Positions 22,601-33,433 of a stretch of 61,270 nt of DNA are shown here, one piece after another (position 1 is the stretch's first letter; every line of letters begins with the position of its first letter). The notes beneath the pieces are model-generated. The model saw nothing but the letters and a program-made list of their open reading frames with translations. It was not told the DNA's origin and made no database searches. The translations under genes and the position numbers were made by a program. The stretch spans positions 1 through 61,270 of the forward strand of contig JALAGF010004571.1 of assembly GCA_030167865.1 (NCBI GenBank), in the 5' to 3' direction. Origin of the DNA: Craspedostauros australis. Lineage: Eukaryota.

Positions 22601-25600
22601 GCATGTAACACAATGTACTTACGCTTTCAGATGCGCCGCTTTCGAATCCCTTCAGCACGGCCTGATCCAGACCCATCTTCAACGAGCTCATGTGGAACAT
22701 TTGCATCTCGTACGTTTTGCGAGAAAGCAGGCGATACACCTTGACGCTCTTGGTCTGTCCAATGCGATGGCATCGTGCTTGGGCTTGCAAATCATTTTGC
22801 GGGTTCCAGTCGCTGTACGATAAAAATAGAAGAGATACACGCCAGATTGTGTCAAGTGAGAACAAGGGAAACGAAACGAAACAGAGGAAAGGACCCAGAA
22901 GACGATGACGTCAGAAGGCATGAAATCACGAGGAAAGAAGGCACACGAATCTGCCCGTACATGCGAAAAGTTCACGGCCAGCAAATGAAGAGAAGGCGGA
23001 ATCCATTGGTATGCGTGGAACAAGCACGTAGTTTGTACCGTACCTGTCGAAGATGATACACGTGTCGGCAGCGGTGAGATTGATTCCAACCCCGCCAGCT
23101 CTCGTGGAGAGCAACATGACGAATGGCGGATCCTTGGCCTGCTGATCTTGGTAACGATCGATGGACTGCTGGCGTTTCTTGCCCTTGATGTTTCCGTCGA
23201 TGCGTTCGAACTTCCACCTGCGCGCATTGAGGTAGTCCTCAAGCACGTTCAGCATGATCTTGAATTGAGAAAAGATCAGAACCCGATGCCCATTCTCCTT
23301 CAGCCGCGGCAGTAGCTTGTCAAGCAGCACAAACTTGCCGGATCCCTGGACGAGAAAGTCTGCCTCATTGGAGGCGCTTTTCTGATCTGTCTTGTTGCGC
23401 AAGTCTTCCTCCGCGCCGTTGATGAGAAAGAGGTGGTTGCACACCTTGCGGAGCTGCATGGCGAGGTTGTTCAGACTGGGAGCATCCACCGCCTTGTTGC
23501 CGTTCTTGTGGAGGAACTTGACATTCTTTTCGTACAGCGCTCGGTAATACCGCTTCTGCGCCATGGTCAGCTCAACTTCGATCAAGGTCTCTTCCTTTGG
23601 TGGCACGCTGGTCTCCACATCCTCCTTGAGACGTCTGAGGATGTACGGTCGGATATTTTCGTGCAAACTGTCGATCTTCTCCTTGCTCTTCATGTCGCCG
23701 TACTTCTCTTGGAAGTCATCGAGGCTGCCGGTGCCCTCAGGGTCGATGAAATTGAGCAGACTCCAGAATTCTTCAATATCATTTTGGATGGGCGTTCCTG
23801 TGAGAAGGACTTTGTGCCGGAATGTGTGACCGCTGTTGCGCAAGCATACGGAGAGCTTGGAGTTGTGATTCTTCAATCGATGAGCCTCATCTACGATCAG
23901 GCATTCCCACGGAACAGCGGCGAGTTCATTTCGGTCGTCGGCCACCATGATCTCCGGAGTTGTGATGACGACTTGCACCATCCAACAAGGTGAGGAGCTG
24001 CGCTTCGCCTTGTTGGCGCTCTTCTTCAAATAGGACGAATTGACGCCCAACGAGCTCGGGTCTGGTTGATCCACCGGATACACGAATTCATGCTCCCGCA
24101 TCATCTTTCGGTCATCCGCAGTGCCGTGGTAGACGATAGTGTTGAGACCTGACCACGTTTCGAATTCACGGTACCAGTGCATCAAGGTGGAAAGGGGCAC
24201 GACCACCAGATAGGGACCCGCACGTCGCATTTGTTTCACCAACAGATCGACGAAGGACACCGTTTGCAAAGTCTGCTCCCGTGTGTCAAGCATATGCGTT
24301 GTGCATCGAGATGAAGTGGGATGAAATGAGGCGACGTGACGTGAGGTGAGGTGGCATGAGATTTGTGAGATTTCGAAAACTGTGGCTCAACTACGATTGA
24401 CATGGACGACACGGAGAAGAACGGTTTTGACTCACCTTTCCCAATCCCATTTCATCGGCAAGGATGAAACTTCGCTTGTTGACGTAGTTGGCCACCATCC
24501 ACGACACTCCTTCGGCTTGGTAATCTCGCAGTTGACCGCCATTGGGGAAGACGCGATCCTCCAAGATTTTCTGGTAGGCCGTGACGGATGATTCTTGCCG
24601 TTTGACGGAGTCTCCAAAGATCTTGTACGCCTTTCGTCTGGTCTCTTCTCCGCTGACGAGTCGCCTTTGCCAGTCGTTCTTGGTGGGCTTGTGGACCCTT
24701 CCGTACAGCCCTTTCAGCGCTGGCCGGTACTCGATTTCGTTGAGGATGAGGTCGCGTTCGAACTCCCAAGTGGCCTCCGAGTAGCTGAGGCCCTTCCATT
24801 TGATGAGGAATTGGCGACCGGTGCGAGAGTCGAAATCATCCGCCTTTGCATCGAAGGAGATTTTGAATTCCTTGATAGGATCGATCGCCTCTTCTTCGTC
24901 GGCGTCGGTCGGAAGTTTGTTGATCCAGACGGTGGACGACGAGTTTGACTTGGACTTGTTGGCGCTCGCTGTGGTGTTTGCTTGCGCATCAGGATCATCG
25001 AAGTAGACCTCGAGTATGCGCTCAATTTCGACGTAGCCAGGGTCGAAGTAATCGCCATCGCAGCGTTCGTCGGCGGGAATTAGAATTCCGTTGATGGCCT
25101 TTTTGAAGAAGGTGTTGAATCGCAATTTGGCGCTGTCCGTTTCCAGCAGCAAATCCTCCTGCGACTCCCATGAGACATGCAGAAAGGAGAGGTCTCTCCA
25201 CTTGATGAGGAACCGTTCCTGCAAGGTCTGGTTGGCGTTGACGTTAGCGTCGGCGTTGGTGTTGGCAGCCTTTTCGTCGGTGTCTGCCGTTGCGGCACCA
25301 TCGATGGCGGCGATGTCCTGGAACCACCGCGATCCATCATGGATTTCCGTCGTGTTCATGCGGCTGCAAATCTCCTTCCATCTGGCTGGCGTCTCCGAGC
25401 GGCTCGCCAGGATCTTTTGCACGCCGAGTTCGTCAGCGTCGTCAGCGCCATTCTGGTAGCCTTTGGATTTGCTTTTGGGGGCACCTTTTGTTGTGGCTTT
25501 CGGAGGTGCAAGATCAGAGGCATTAGAGTCCGACATCGAATCTGCGTAGTAGTCGCCGTCCTCTTCAGCGTATTTTGATTTCCGCGTTCTGGTGCTTCTG

Positions 25601-26475
25601 GTTCTGGTGGTGCCTGTTCCTGTGGTTGTACCATCATCCAAAGGTTTCGTACGTGACGTGTTGGTTGTGGAAGCACTCTTCCTTGAGGTCTTTTTGGTTA
25701 AGGCAACAGCGACGGATGAAGATCGTCCGCCGTCGGTGAAGCTTCCATCAGACTCGTCCCCTTGAAAGGTGGCATCCTCTCCTGTTGCCTGCGCAAGCTG
25801 CATGTCCACTTCGTCACTTTCTCTGACACTGCCACTGTCACTATCATCGTTGTGGTCTGCATCATCGTCAAACTCATCCACGCTATCATCCTCGTCTTCG
25901 TCTTCGTCTTCGTCATCATCACGAATATGACGACGGGACATGGAGTGCTGACGTGCCTTTGGCTTGTGTGGTGATGGCTTGAGACGCGATTTGGTGGAGG
26001 AAGGCTTGGAAGTTGTGGAACGCAACGCGCGTGATGATCGTGTTGCCACTGTGGCTGTCGCTGCCTTCGTTGTCTTTGGTATTTGCGATGGCGAAGCGAC
26101 GAGGAGATCACGAATGCTCTCCGACGGAGGATCCTTCATGCTAGACGTGAACTTGTTCTTTCTGGAACTAGTCCGGCGGGTTGATGGGTTGGACTTGACT
26201 GTCGCCGTCTCTTTTTGCTGCTGCTGCTGCTGCTGCTGTCTGGTGACCCGCTGTGAACGTGATGGCTGCGACCGCTTTCTGGTTCTGCTGTTTCGGTTGC
26301 TGGTATCAGCGTTGCTGTCAGAGTTGTTGTCATCAACGGAAGGAGAGTTATCAGCGCTATCGATTTCCACCTCCATGTCATGAGACTGCACCGAAGAATC
26401 GTTGCCGGAGTCGGTCATGGCCTGATCGTCACGGTTGTCGTCATCATGAGCGAGTGAATCGGATGCATCGACCAT
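16642..26475 (-). CDS. CHD-family (CHD6-9/Kismet-like) SNF2 chromatin remodeller, multi-exon
   Basis: Exons approx. 26475-24436, 24272-23044, 22812-22623, 22399-21752, 21455-~21057, 20431-18381, 17943-17385, 17127-16642. Two chromodomains ([32 protein letters not shown]), [44 protein letters not shown], and a SANT/SLIDE-like [18 protein letters not shown]. The start codon and the 21057-20431 junction are uncertain. Confidence 0.92.
20588..20613. repeat. (CA)n(CG)n alternating purine-pyrimidine tract, intronic
   Basis: cacacacacacacgcgcgcgcgcaca. Confidence 0.85.
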
Positions 26476-28088
26476 TGGGAAATCGTCCGATGCTGTTTTC
26501 CGTCTTGATGTTCGCTGCGAATTCCTCCGCGGGCTGCGTCTGCTTGTTGTGGCTGAAGAACTCTGCCATGCCACAATAATCGTGTGACGAGGTGAGTGTT
26601 GATTATCATGTAGAGAGTGTTGATTGGAGTGCCCAATGCAAATCAATTGGTCATTCGACCAATGAACAAATGAACAAATGAACAAATGAATGGATGTGGA
26701 GGGTGCATTTCGCGAAGGATAGAAGGAGCGAAAGGAAGAGGTGAGCGTCAGCGGATTGAAAGGAGCGAAGGGCATGCAGAAAAAGCAAGGAAGGGAGCAG
26801 GATCGAAGCACTCGTTTGCAGTGGGACGAATCGCATGACCGCCAAGTGGAGAGTGAAATCGAAAGCGAGGCGTCACGCCAAGCTCAATGCAGGTGAATGG
26901 AGGAACATGATGAATGCGATGCGCATGACGACCATGATGAATGTGAACGCACCATCTTGTCTGACAGCATGCGCTGATGCCTCCGTTGGTGCCTCCGTTG
27001 GTGAGCGTGTGCTTGTGCTTGTGATCGATGAACGACACACAGCGGGTCAATTCCAAGTGCTTCTCTGCGTTCCGCAATGAAGTTTGAAAGTCGAGCAAGG
27101 GCACTTGTCACGTAGCGTTGTGTAGCGTACTGGAGTGCTGTGTGTTGTGTGTTGTGTATGTGAGGGAGAGCCCGCGCTCCTCGACCGTCCTCAACTGTCC
27201 TCCTTCCGCAGTGTTTCGCCGCCTGATGGAGGATCGGCCGCTTCGCGCTTCTTGGTGACAAAGTGGTGACCCAAGAGAGTTGATCAGTCCATCAACCGAT
27301 GGATGGATGGATGGATGGACCGGACCACAGAGGGAAGCGCCCACTCAACTTGACGATGCGTTGTCCTGCTGGTGTGGCAGGAGCAATGAAGTGCTCCGCG
27401 CCGCTCTGGGGCTGATCAGAACGCGGTCGTGCTCGCTGAACGAAATTGCCGCCAACGGATACTTTCTTGCCTGTTCTGTCTGCCTTTGTCTGTGCTCCGC
27501 GTCAACGCCTTCTTGTTGCCGTCGCTCCTCTCAGCCTGTGACCTGCTGTCTTGCAAACAAATGGATGCAGAGGATGTGATGCATGCAACCGATGGTGCGA
27601 AATATGATGATGTGATGAATCGCAGGCGGCTCGACCACACTTGTCAATGGCGGTCACTCGTGTGATGTGCGCTGAGATCATCGACAAAGTGTTTATCGCG
27701 GAGGTGTGCATCTGGTGCTCGCGCCTGTCTGTGCTCGTCGTCGTGCTCGTGTCTCGCACACCACACCATCCCATGGTCGTCGCCAAGAATCGATCACACG
27801 ACAGCAACACTTCTTCCCACACATCCAAAACGGCAACATTCAAAACCGCGCTCGAAAAATTTAGTACCATGTCTACGCTTCTTGACACATACAATTCGGG
27901 AACCAATCAACATTTACTCCCAGCACGTTCTTTTGAATGAGGGAGGTCTACATTGGAAAATAGTACTGTACACGTACTTTTACAGAAACCGCAAGAACTC
28001 TCTCGCTCTCCATGTTCTATACACAAGTCGTAGAATATGATTTAACTTCGATTATCCTATCCTACAATAGGTTTCATGCGATGTTATT

Positions 28089-31004
28089 CTATATGCTACG
28101 ATCACTGACCAACAGCTGCTCGTTGTTATGGATCATGGAAGCCATCAATCGCACACTGCGTTCGGCCTTGTCGATGGGATTCACGTTGTCCTCGATCACC
28201 GTCTCCAGCAGGCTGTTGGGGAAGCAGTGCGAGACGCCGACGAGGATGTGCAGTTCTGTGTCGTCGATGGACAGGGACCCGCTCTGGCTCAGCGCTGTCA
28301 GGAGGTCGAATGCGGCGTGTCGTTCAGTGCCGATCGTCTCCTTGTCCACGCCCGCGAACGCGCTGCTTGGCAGGATCAGGCTCTCCTGGCGTTTGCGCCT
28401 CCAACGATTCGCGTCCGTCTGGATGATCGTCGAGCGCAGGTAGCCCTCGGAATCGTTGGCCTCCAATTGGACATCCAGCAGTTTCGGCAGCAGAGTGAAG
28501 TCTTCCACCGTCTCATCCCCCGTCAGATCAGTGTTTCTGCTTCGTGGACTCGTGCTCGTGCTAGTACTCGTCCTCTCGCCATCCTTCACGCCACGCGTAC
28601 CATCATCCGTCGACCCGACATCTTGCATCATCATCGGCGCTGACTCCATGAACGACGACTCCGCTCGCTGCCCCGATCGGCTGCGGGACAGCCGTCGCGG
28701 CTGGCTCTGCACCTTCTCCGATTCTTGAATCGTCGAATCCTTCAGCATCTCATCGCGCTGCTTCTTTTGCTGGAGCTGCTGCGCCTTGGCCTCTTCGATC
28801 ACCTCCAGCACGGCGGCCACGTACATCTTCACGGCCGACACGCGATCCGTTCCCTCTTCTCCATCGAACGCAAGAAGGTCGGACGGGATCTGATACTCGA
28901 TGAACAGCGACATCAGATCCTGCGTCAGCTTGATCTCCTTCGTCAATGAGCCGGCCGGCAGGTTCAGCAGCTTCTCGAGCTGCGGTTTGATCTGTACGAT
29001 GCAAAGCCCGAACACAGACGTCTCCAGCTGCATGGACCGGTACGACTTGGCGAACGATTGCTGTTCCAGCGACAGCGAGCTGATGGCGTCGCGGAATTCC
29101 TTGGCGCTAGGTAGGGGTGTCGTCAGCAATGGGATCAGCACCTCGTCCTTGTTCTTCACGATGATGGCGTCCTTCGGCAGGAACGTCCTGGCGCTGCCCA
29201 TCACACCCAGCACGACCATGTAGCTCGAGAATTGGTTGGCCCTGGCGGTGATCTGGTAGTTCGCTTGCTTCCCGTTCCACACGTGCTGAATCCATCCGTG
29301 CACCGTCCTGCCTCCCTTGATCTCCACCTCCGTTGAATCGTTGATGGGAATGTACATGGAGGCATCGGGACCGGCCGCGATACGCCGCGAGATGGTTTCT
29401 ATAGGAACAGGATTGCCACTGCCGTTGCTGCCGGACTCTTCGATGGCTACGACACCGGCGGGAAAGTGTCCCGGCAGCCGTACCGCGTGCGAAAACGTGG
29501 TCGCGGCATGCGCCGGTCCCAGCAGCTTCTTGTTGTTGAAGCGCATGAACTGATCGAAGTCAACGCTGGTGAGGCGCTTCCCCACGGCCTGGATGAGCTG
29601 GCTCTTCATGAGGTCCTCGACGAACAGTATGCCCTGCGTGTGCTGAAAGGCCAGCCGTTGGAAGACCTCGGCCATGAAGACGACAGTGGACTCATCGGAC
29701 GTCATGAGACATGAACCGTCGCACGCGCTGGGCTTGGGCTGGATCGCCGTCATTCCCAGCACCGTATCCACGAGCGTCGACACGAAGTTCTCATGCAGAG
29801 TCTCAAGATCCGCACCGGACAGAACTGTGGAATTGCTAAGCACGGGCGCGATGGGAAAGAACACCAACTCCATGTGCTGCTGCAGCACGGCCCCGAAGAG
29901 CTTGTCGTGCATGGACTGGACCTTCTCGCGATGGAGGTGATCATGCTTCGAAGTCGGGGCTGTCGACATGTGCCGGTACTCAGATTCGACACCGTTGAAG
30001 AATCGCTCGATACGAACCCAGAAGGCATGCAGCTCCTCGCTGAATCGGATTGCAGCTTCGGCATCCTTGTTGCGCCGCGGCGTCTTGCAAGTGTCATCAT
30101 CGCGATCGATTGTGAAGGTGGGCGTGGCGGGCATGCGGTGCTTGGTCGCATCGCTGCTGGCTCCCAGATCCGTGACGTTACGTCGCTTCGTCGGGGTGGT
30201 CGGTGAGAGCTCGAAGGCATCAAACATCCAGGATATGTCCACCGTCGTGTTGACCACCTTGGTCTTGATGGGTGGACTGGGATCCTTCTCCGATGCCGAC
30301 GTGGAGAATGTGGAGACCGTTGCCGTGCGTGGCAAGGCCGCATCCTGATATTGAGATCCCCTCCCAAACAGTACCATGGGCGTTGAGAGCTTCGATTTGG
30401 TGGCTGATGCTGATGCTGATGTTGACGCTGATGACGACGACGATGGGACCAACGACAATGAATAGTCCAGCTCGACGTTCCACACGAACTCCCTGAACTT
30501 GCGCTTGACCTTGATGGTCTCCGTTTCCACTACGGTGCGGCTGCCCGTGAATCCAGTCCCTCCGCGCGACGTCTCCACCTCATGCTCCGCAGCCACGACG
30601 CTGCGCTCCACCTCCTTGTCGAAGGAGCAGCGGATGCTGGCGTCGAAGCGCAGCTCCATCTTAGCCTTCGAGTTGACGACCGACTTCCAATCATCAAAGA
30701 GGGAGGAGAGCGTGGGCATGCCCCTGTCGAGCTGCTCCGCCGAGCCTGAGTGATCGTGTACGGCATCCAAGTCGTAGAGGTCCGCGGCATTGGCATGTTC
30801 CTGACGCATCGTCTGGAAGAGCAATGCGGATAGGTAGCTGTTGAGCGCCGCATTCGTCATGGTTTCCACCAGTGCATATTTGTCGTCATACGTATGAATG
30901 ACGTTGGGATCAGCCAACACAGGATGTCTGTTCTCATCCAAGATGTCCTGCACGGTGCTCAGCGATTGTTGGACTGCGATGTCATGTTGGTTCAGTAACA
31001 TCAT
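28089..31004 (-). CDS. Large conserved protein of unknown function (971 aa)
   Basis: Long single-exon ORF with coding-like composition and globular-looking blocks (CKTPRRN; ARANQFSSY; NKDEVLIPLLTTPLPSAKEFRDAISSLSLEQQSFAKSYRSMQL; KPQLEKLLNLP..SLTKEI..LFIEYQIPSDLL). Confidence 0.85.
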   Translation of the reverse strand: MMLLNQHDIAVQQSLSTVQDILDENRHPVLADPNVIHTYDDKYALVETMTNAALNSYLSALLFQTMRQEHANAADLYDLDAVHDHSGSAEQLDRGMPTLSSLFDDWKSVVNSKAKMELRFDASIRCSFDKEVERSVVAAEHEVETSRGGTGFTGSRTVVETETIKVKRKFREFVWNVELDYSLSLVPSSSSSASTSASASATKSKLSTPMVLFGRGSQYQDAALPRTATVSTFSTSASEKDPSPPIKTKVVNTTVDISWMFDAFELSPTTPTKRRNVTDLGASSDATKHRMPATPTFTIDRDDDTCKTPRRNKDAEAAIRFSEELHAFWVRIERFFNGVESEYRHMSTAPTSKHDHLHREKVQSMHDKLFGAVLQQHMELVFFPIAPVLSNSTVLSGADLETLHENFVSTLVDTVLGMTAIQPKPSACDGSCLMTSDESTVVFMAEVFQRLAFQHTQGILFVEDLMKSQLIQAVGKRLTSVDFDQFMRFNNKKLLGPAHAATTFSHAVRLPGHFPAGVVAIEESGSNGSGNPVPIETISRRIAAGPDASMYIPINDSTEVEIKGGRTVHGWIQHVWNGKQANYQITARANQFSSYMVVLGVMGSARTFLPKDAIIVKNKDEVLIPLLTTPLPSAKEFRDAISSLSLEQQSFAKSYRSMQLETSVFGLCIVQIKPQLEKLLNLPAGSLTKEIKLTQDLMSLFIEYQIPSDLLAFDGEEGTDRVSAVKMYVAAVLEVIEEAKAQQLQQKKQRDEMLKDSTIQESEKVQSQPRRLSRSRSGQRAESSFMESAPMMMQDVGSTDDGTRGVKDGERTSTSTSTSPRSRNTDLTGDETVEDFTLLPKLLDVQLEANDSEGYLRSTIIQTDANRWRRKRQESLILPSSAFAGVDKETIGTERHAAFDLLTALSQSGSLSIDDTELHILVGVSHCFPNSLLETVIEDNVNPIDKAERSVRLMASMIHNNEQLLVSDRSI

Positions 31005-32141
31005 AGAGTCGAGGAGTTCACATGGTGGGTGATTGGACGAATGTGAGCAAAATGGATGTGATGTGATGATGAATGACGGAGCCGGGCAAAGATGGCATCA
31101 CCAAACTTGCGTGATGTGCATGCTGGGGCAATTGCAATTCCAGTCGCAAACACGCTCCTACTTGCAACAGACGCCGCCGTGCATCTTCATTCTTCTCGTT
31201 CCCATCTCCGACCGATCAACACAACACCGAGCATCTCTGTAGCATGTCTGCAGCATGACTGGAGGCAAACGAAGTGGATGGCAAGAGAAAATGGAAAGTG
31301 AGCGCATGCACTTGGTGAGAGGACGTACCCAACTTGCGAAAGCCCCATTCATCGAAGAACTGAGAATGCGCATGAGCGCATACCGATAAGAGGAGGATGC
31401 CGATCAGCAAGCAGCCTCTTGGCATGGCCATGCGATTGTGCACAACGACGTGAGTGCGTGCTCGTATTCTGGCTGGCCTCATCATGGTGACGGCGTGCTT
31501 TAACTGCGACGCCAACGTGTGATGTGAATAAGTGATGGGTGAATGCTATCTTCTGTTGCTGCAGATAGAGTGCTGCGGATGATTGACACGACAGCATGAA
31601 TGGGAATGATGGCAATGGGAATGATGAGACATGGATTCGCACAAGCAGGGAGAGAGACATTGCCCACACTCTGCACGAGAGACTGCCAGGAACAACACGT
31701 GAGGATCAACCACCGCGGCAGAATGCCTGTCTTCGCCGTTTGAATTTGGAGATCCTCATTTTTCGCCGTTTGTGGACAAAGGAGCAAAAAACGACTGAAT
31801 CCCACGTCATGTCACATGCCGGACCAAGTCGTGCGAACCACTTGTTCCATCCGAGTTCGATGCGATTCGTGGGACTATTGTGGTACTCGCATGAGTCAAA
31901 CGAGCGATGATGTTGTCGTGACGACTGAGTCACGCTGTATGCCATTCCCGATTGAACCAATCAACGAAACAAAACGCAAGAACACGCAACCACACGGTTG
32001 ACACCACAAAATGACGCGTCTGCAACCTTGATGCTGACCAATCCATGACGCAAACACAAGAGGCAAGCGGAGATCGGCATCTGCACACAATCCAACCCAT
32101 TCGTCGACAACACCACCCATCGATCAATTGATAGCAAGAAG

Positions 32142-32756
32142 ATGAGGTCGTTCCGTTGTGCCTTGAATGGCGGTGTCACGTCCACGATACTGCTGCTACC
32201 GCTGCTGCTGCTGCTCTGCCTGCAGACCGTGACATCGTTCTCGTCGCAGAACATCGACCGACGCGGCTTCATTGCGGCCACGTTCGTTGTTGGTACCGCA
32301 GGTGCAACGTCACCAGCTCACGCGGCACCCGCCACGAAGGCCGACCTGGAGAAGTACGCGACGCAGGTGAAGCGTGCCAGCGAGCAGCTGGAAGGCGTGC
32401 CCAGGCTGATCGAATTGGAGAAGTGGGATGCCGTGCGTGCCATCCTGATCGAACCGCCGCTTGCCGATTGCTGGGCCAAGACGAACCGTCCGCTGCTGAG
32501 TCGGTACGCGGAGACTCTGGGGGATGTCGGCGGCGATGAGTTCGCGGCGTTGGAGGCCAAGGAGGAGCTCGTGGGGCATCTGCGCTACTTGGACATGGCG
32601 GTCTACAACAACAATTTCAATCCCATCACAGTGGAGGGCAAGTCTGGTGCCACCAAGGAGCTCATCCGGAGCTACTACGAGGATCCCCTCAACGAGTTCA
32701 AGGCATGCAAGAAGTATCTCGATGAACTCCTGGCGCTGCTGAAGGAAGTAAACTGA
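32142..32756 (+). CDS. Predicted thylakoid-lumen protein (Tat-type presequence), possibly PsbQ-like helical bundle
   Basis: Signal peptide ending VTS-F, then DRRGF, a hydrophobic stretch and AHA. The mature part is helical and contains LIELEKWDAVR. Confidence 0.75.
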   Translation: MRSFRCALNGGVTSTILLLPLLLLLCLQTVTSFSSQNIDRRGFIAATFVVGTAGATSPAHAAPATKADLEKYATQVKRASEQLEGVPRLIELEKWDAVRAILIEPPLADCWAKTNRPLLSRYAETLGDVGGDEFAALEAKEELVGHLRYLDMAVYNNNFNPITVEGKSGATKELIRSYYEDPLNEFKACKKYLDELLALLKEVN

Positions 32757-33433
32757 CGAATCAGCTGATGAATAGCAGTGGTATTGGTAGTACGGTATAC
32801 TCTGTGGTAGTACTGGAGAGAGCACGCAAGCATTCACATGATCAACGCTGAGCACGGCTAGAGTACTCGTTTCATTAAGTACTTTGCACAATTATCTATC
32901 AGTTAGCTGTGACGAATACTTTTGCTGTCTCTTTCGTCTTTCGTTCCTCATTGGAACGGACATGCTGTAATACCATGCTTCTACCATAACCGTAACCATA
33001 TTCTCATGCCCAGGCCCTCGATTGTCATCACAATCACATTGACGTATGTTCACATTCACTCTTGAGGACGGGCCTGCTGTTGGTTCTCCCGCGCAAATAC
33101 TGGAATGACGTGCATAGGACGTCACATGTCCACTCGTGCTGCAGTATCTCCTGGCACAAGGAGGTCTTGGGCATGGCGGGCAATCACTGTTGCCTCGTTG
33201 TGAGCAGCGGCTCTGGATGAAGACACGATCTGGCCATGGGGATTCCATGGGGTGCAGTCGTGCTAGTTGGATGACCTGCGTTGCTCGCTTCGGTCATCCA
33301 TTTGTTGACAGTGTTGTTCTACCCCTGTTTTTGTCAGTGAGCTGCGGCCACCAGGCTGCTTTTGTGTTCCATTGTTCACTCTCCACGAGCACGGAACTTG
33401 CGGCTGCAACTCATGCAATCCCGGCTCACGCGC

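Noticed and set aside
31329-31431. Signal-peptide-like mini-exon (MAMPRGCLLIGILLLSVCAHA) upstream of the 971-aa gene
   Set aside because: I found no acceptor that joins it in frame without a stop, so it cannot be supported as exon 1.
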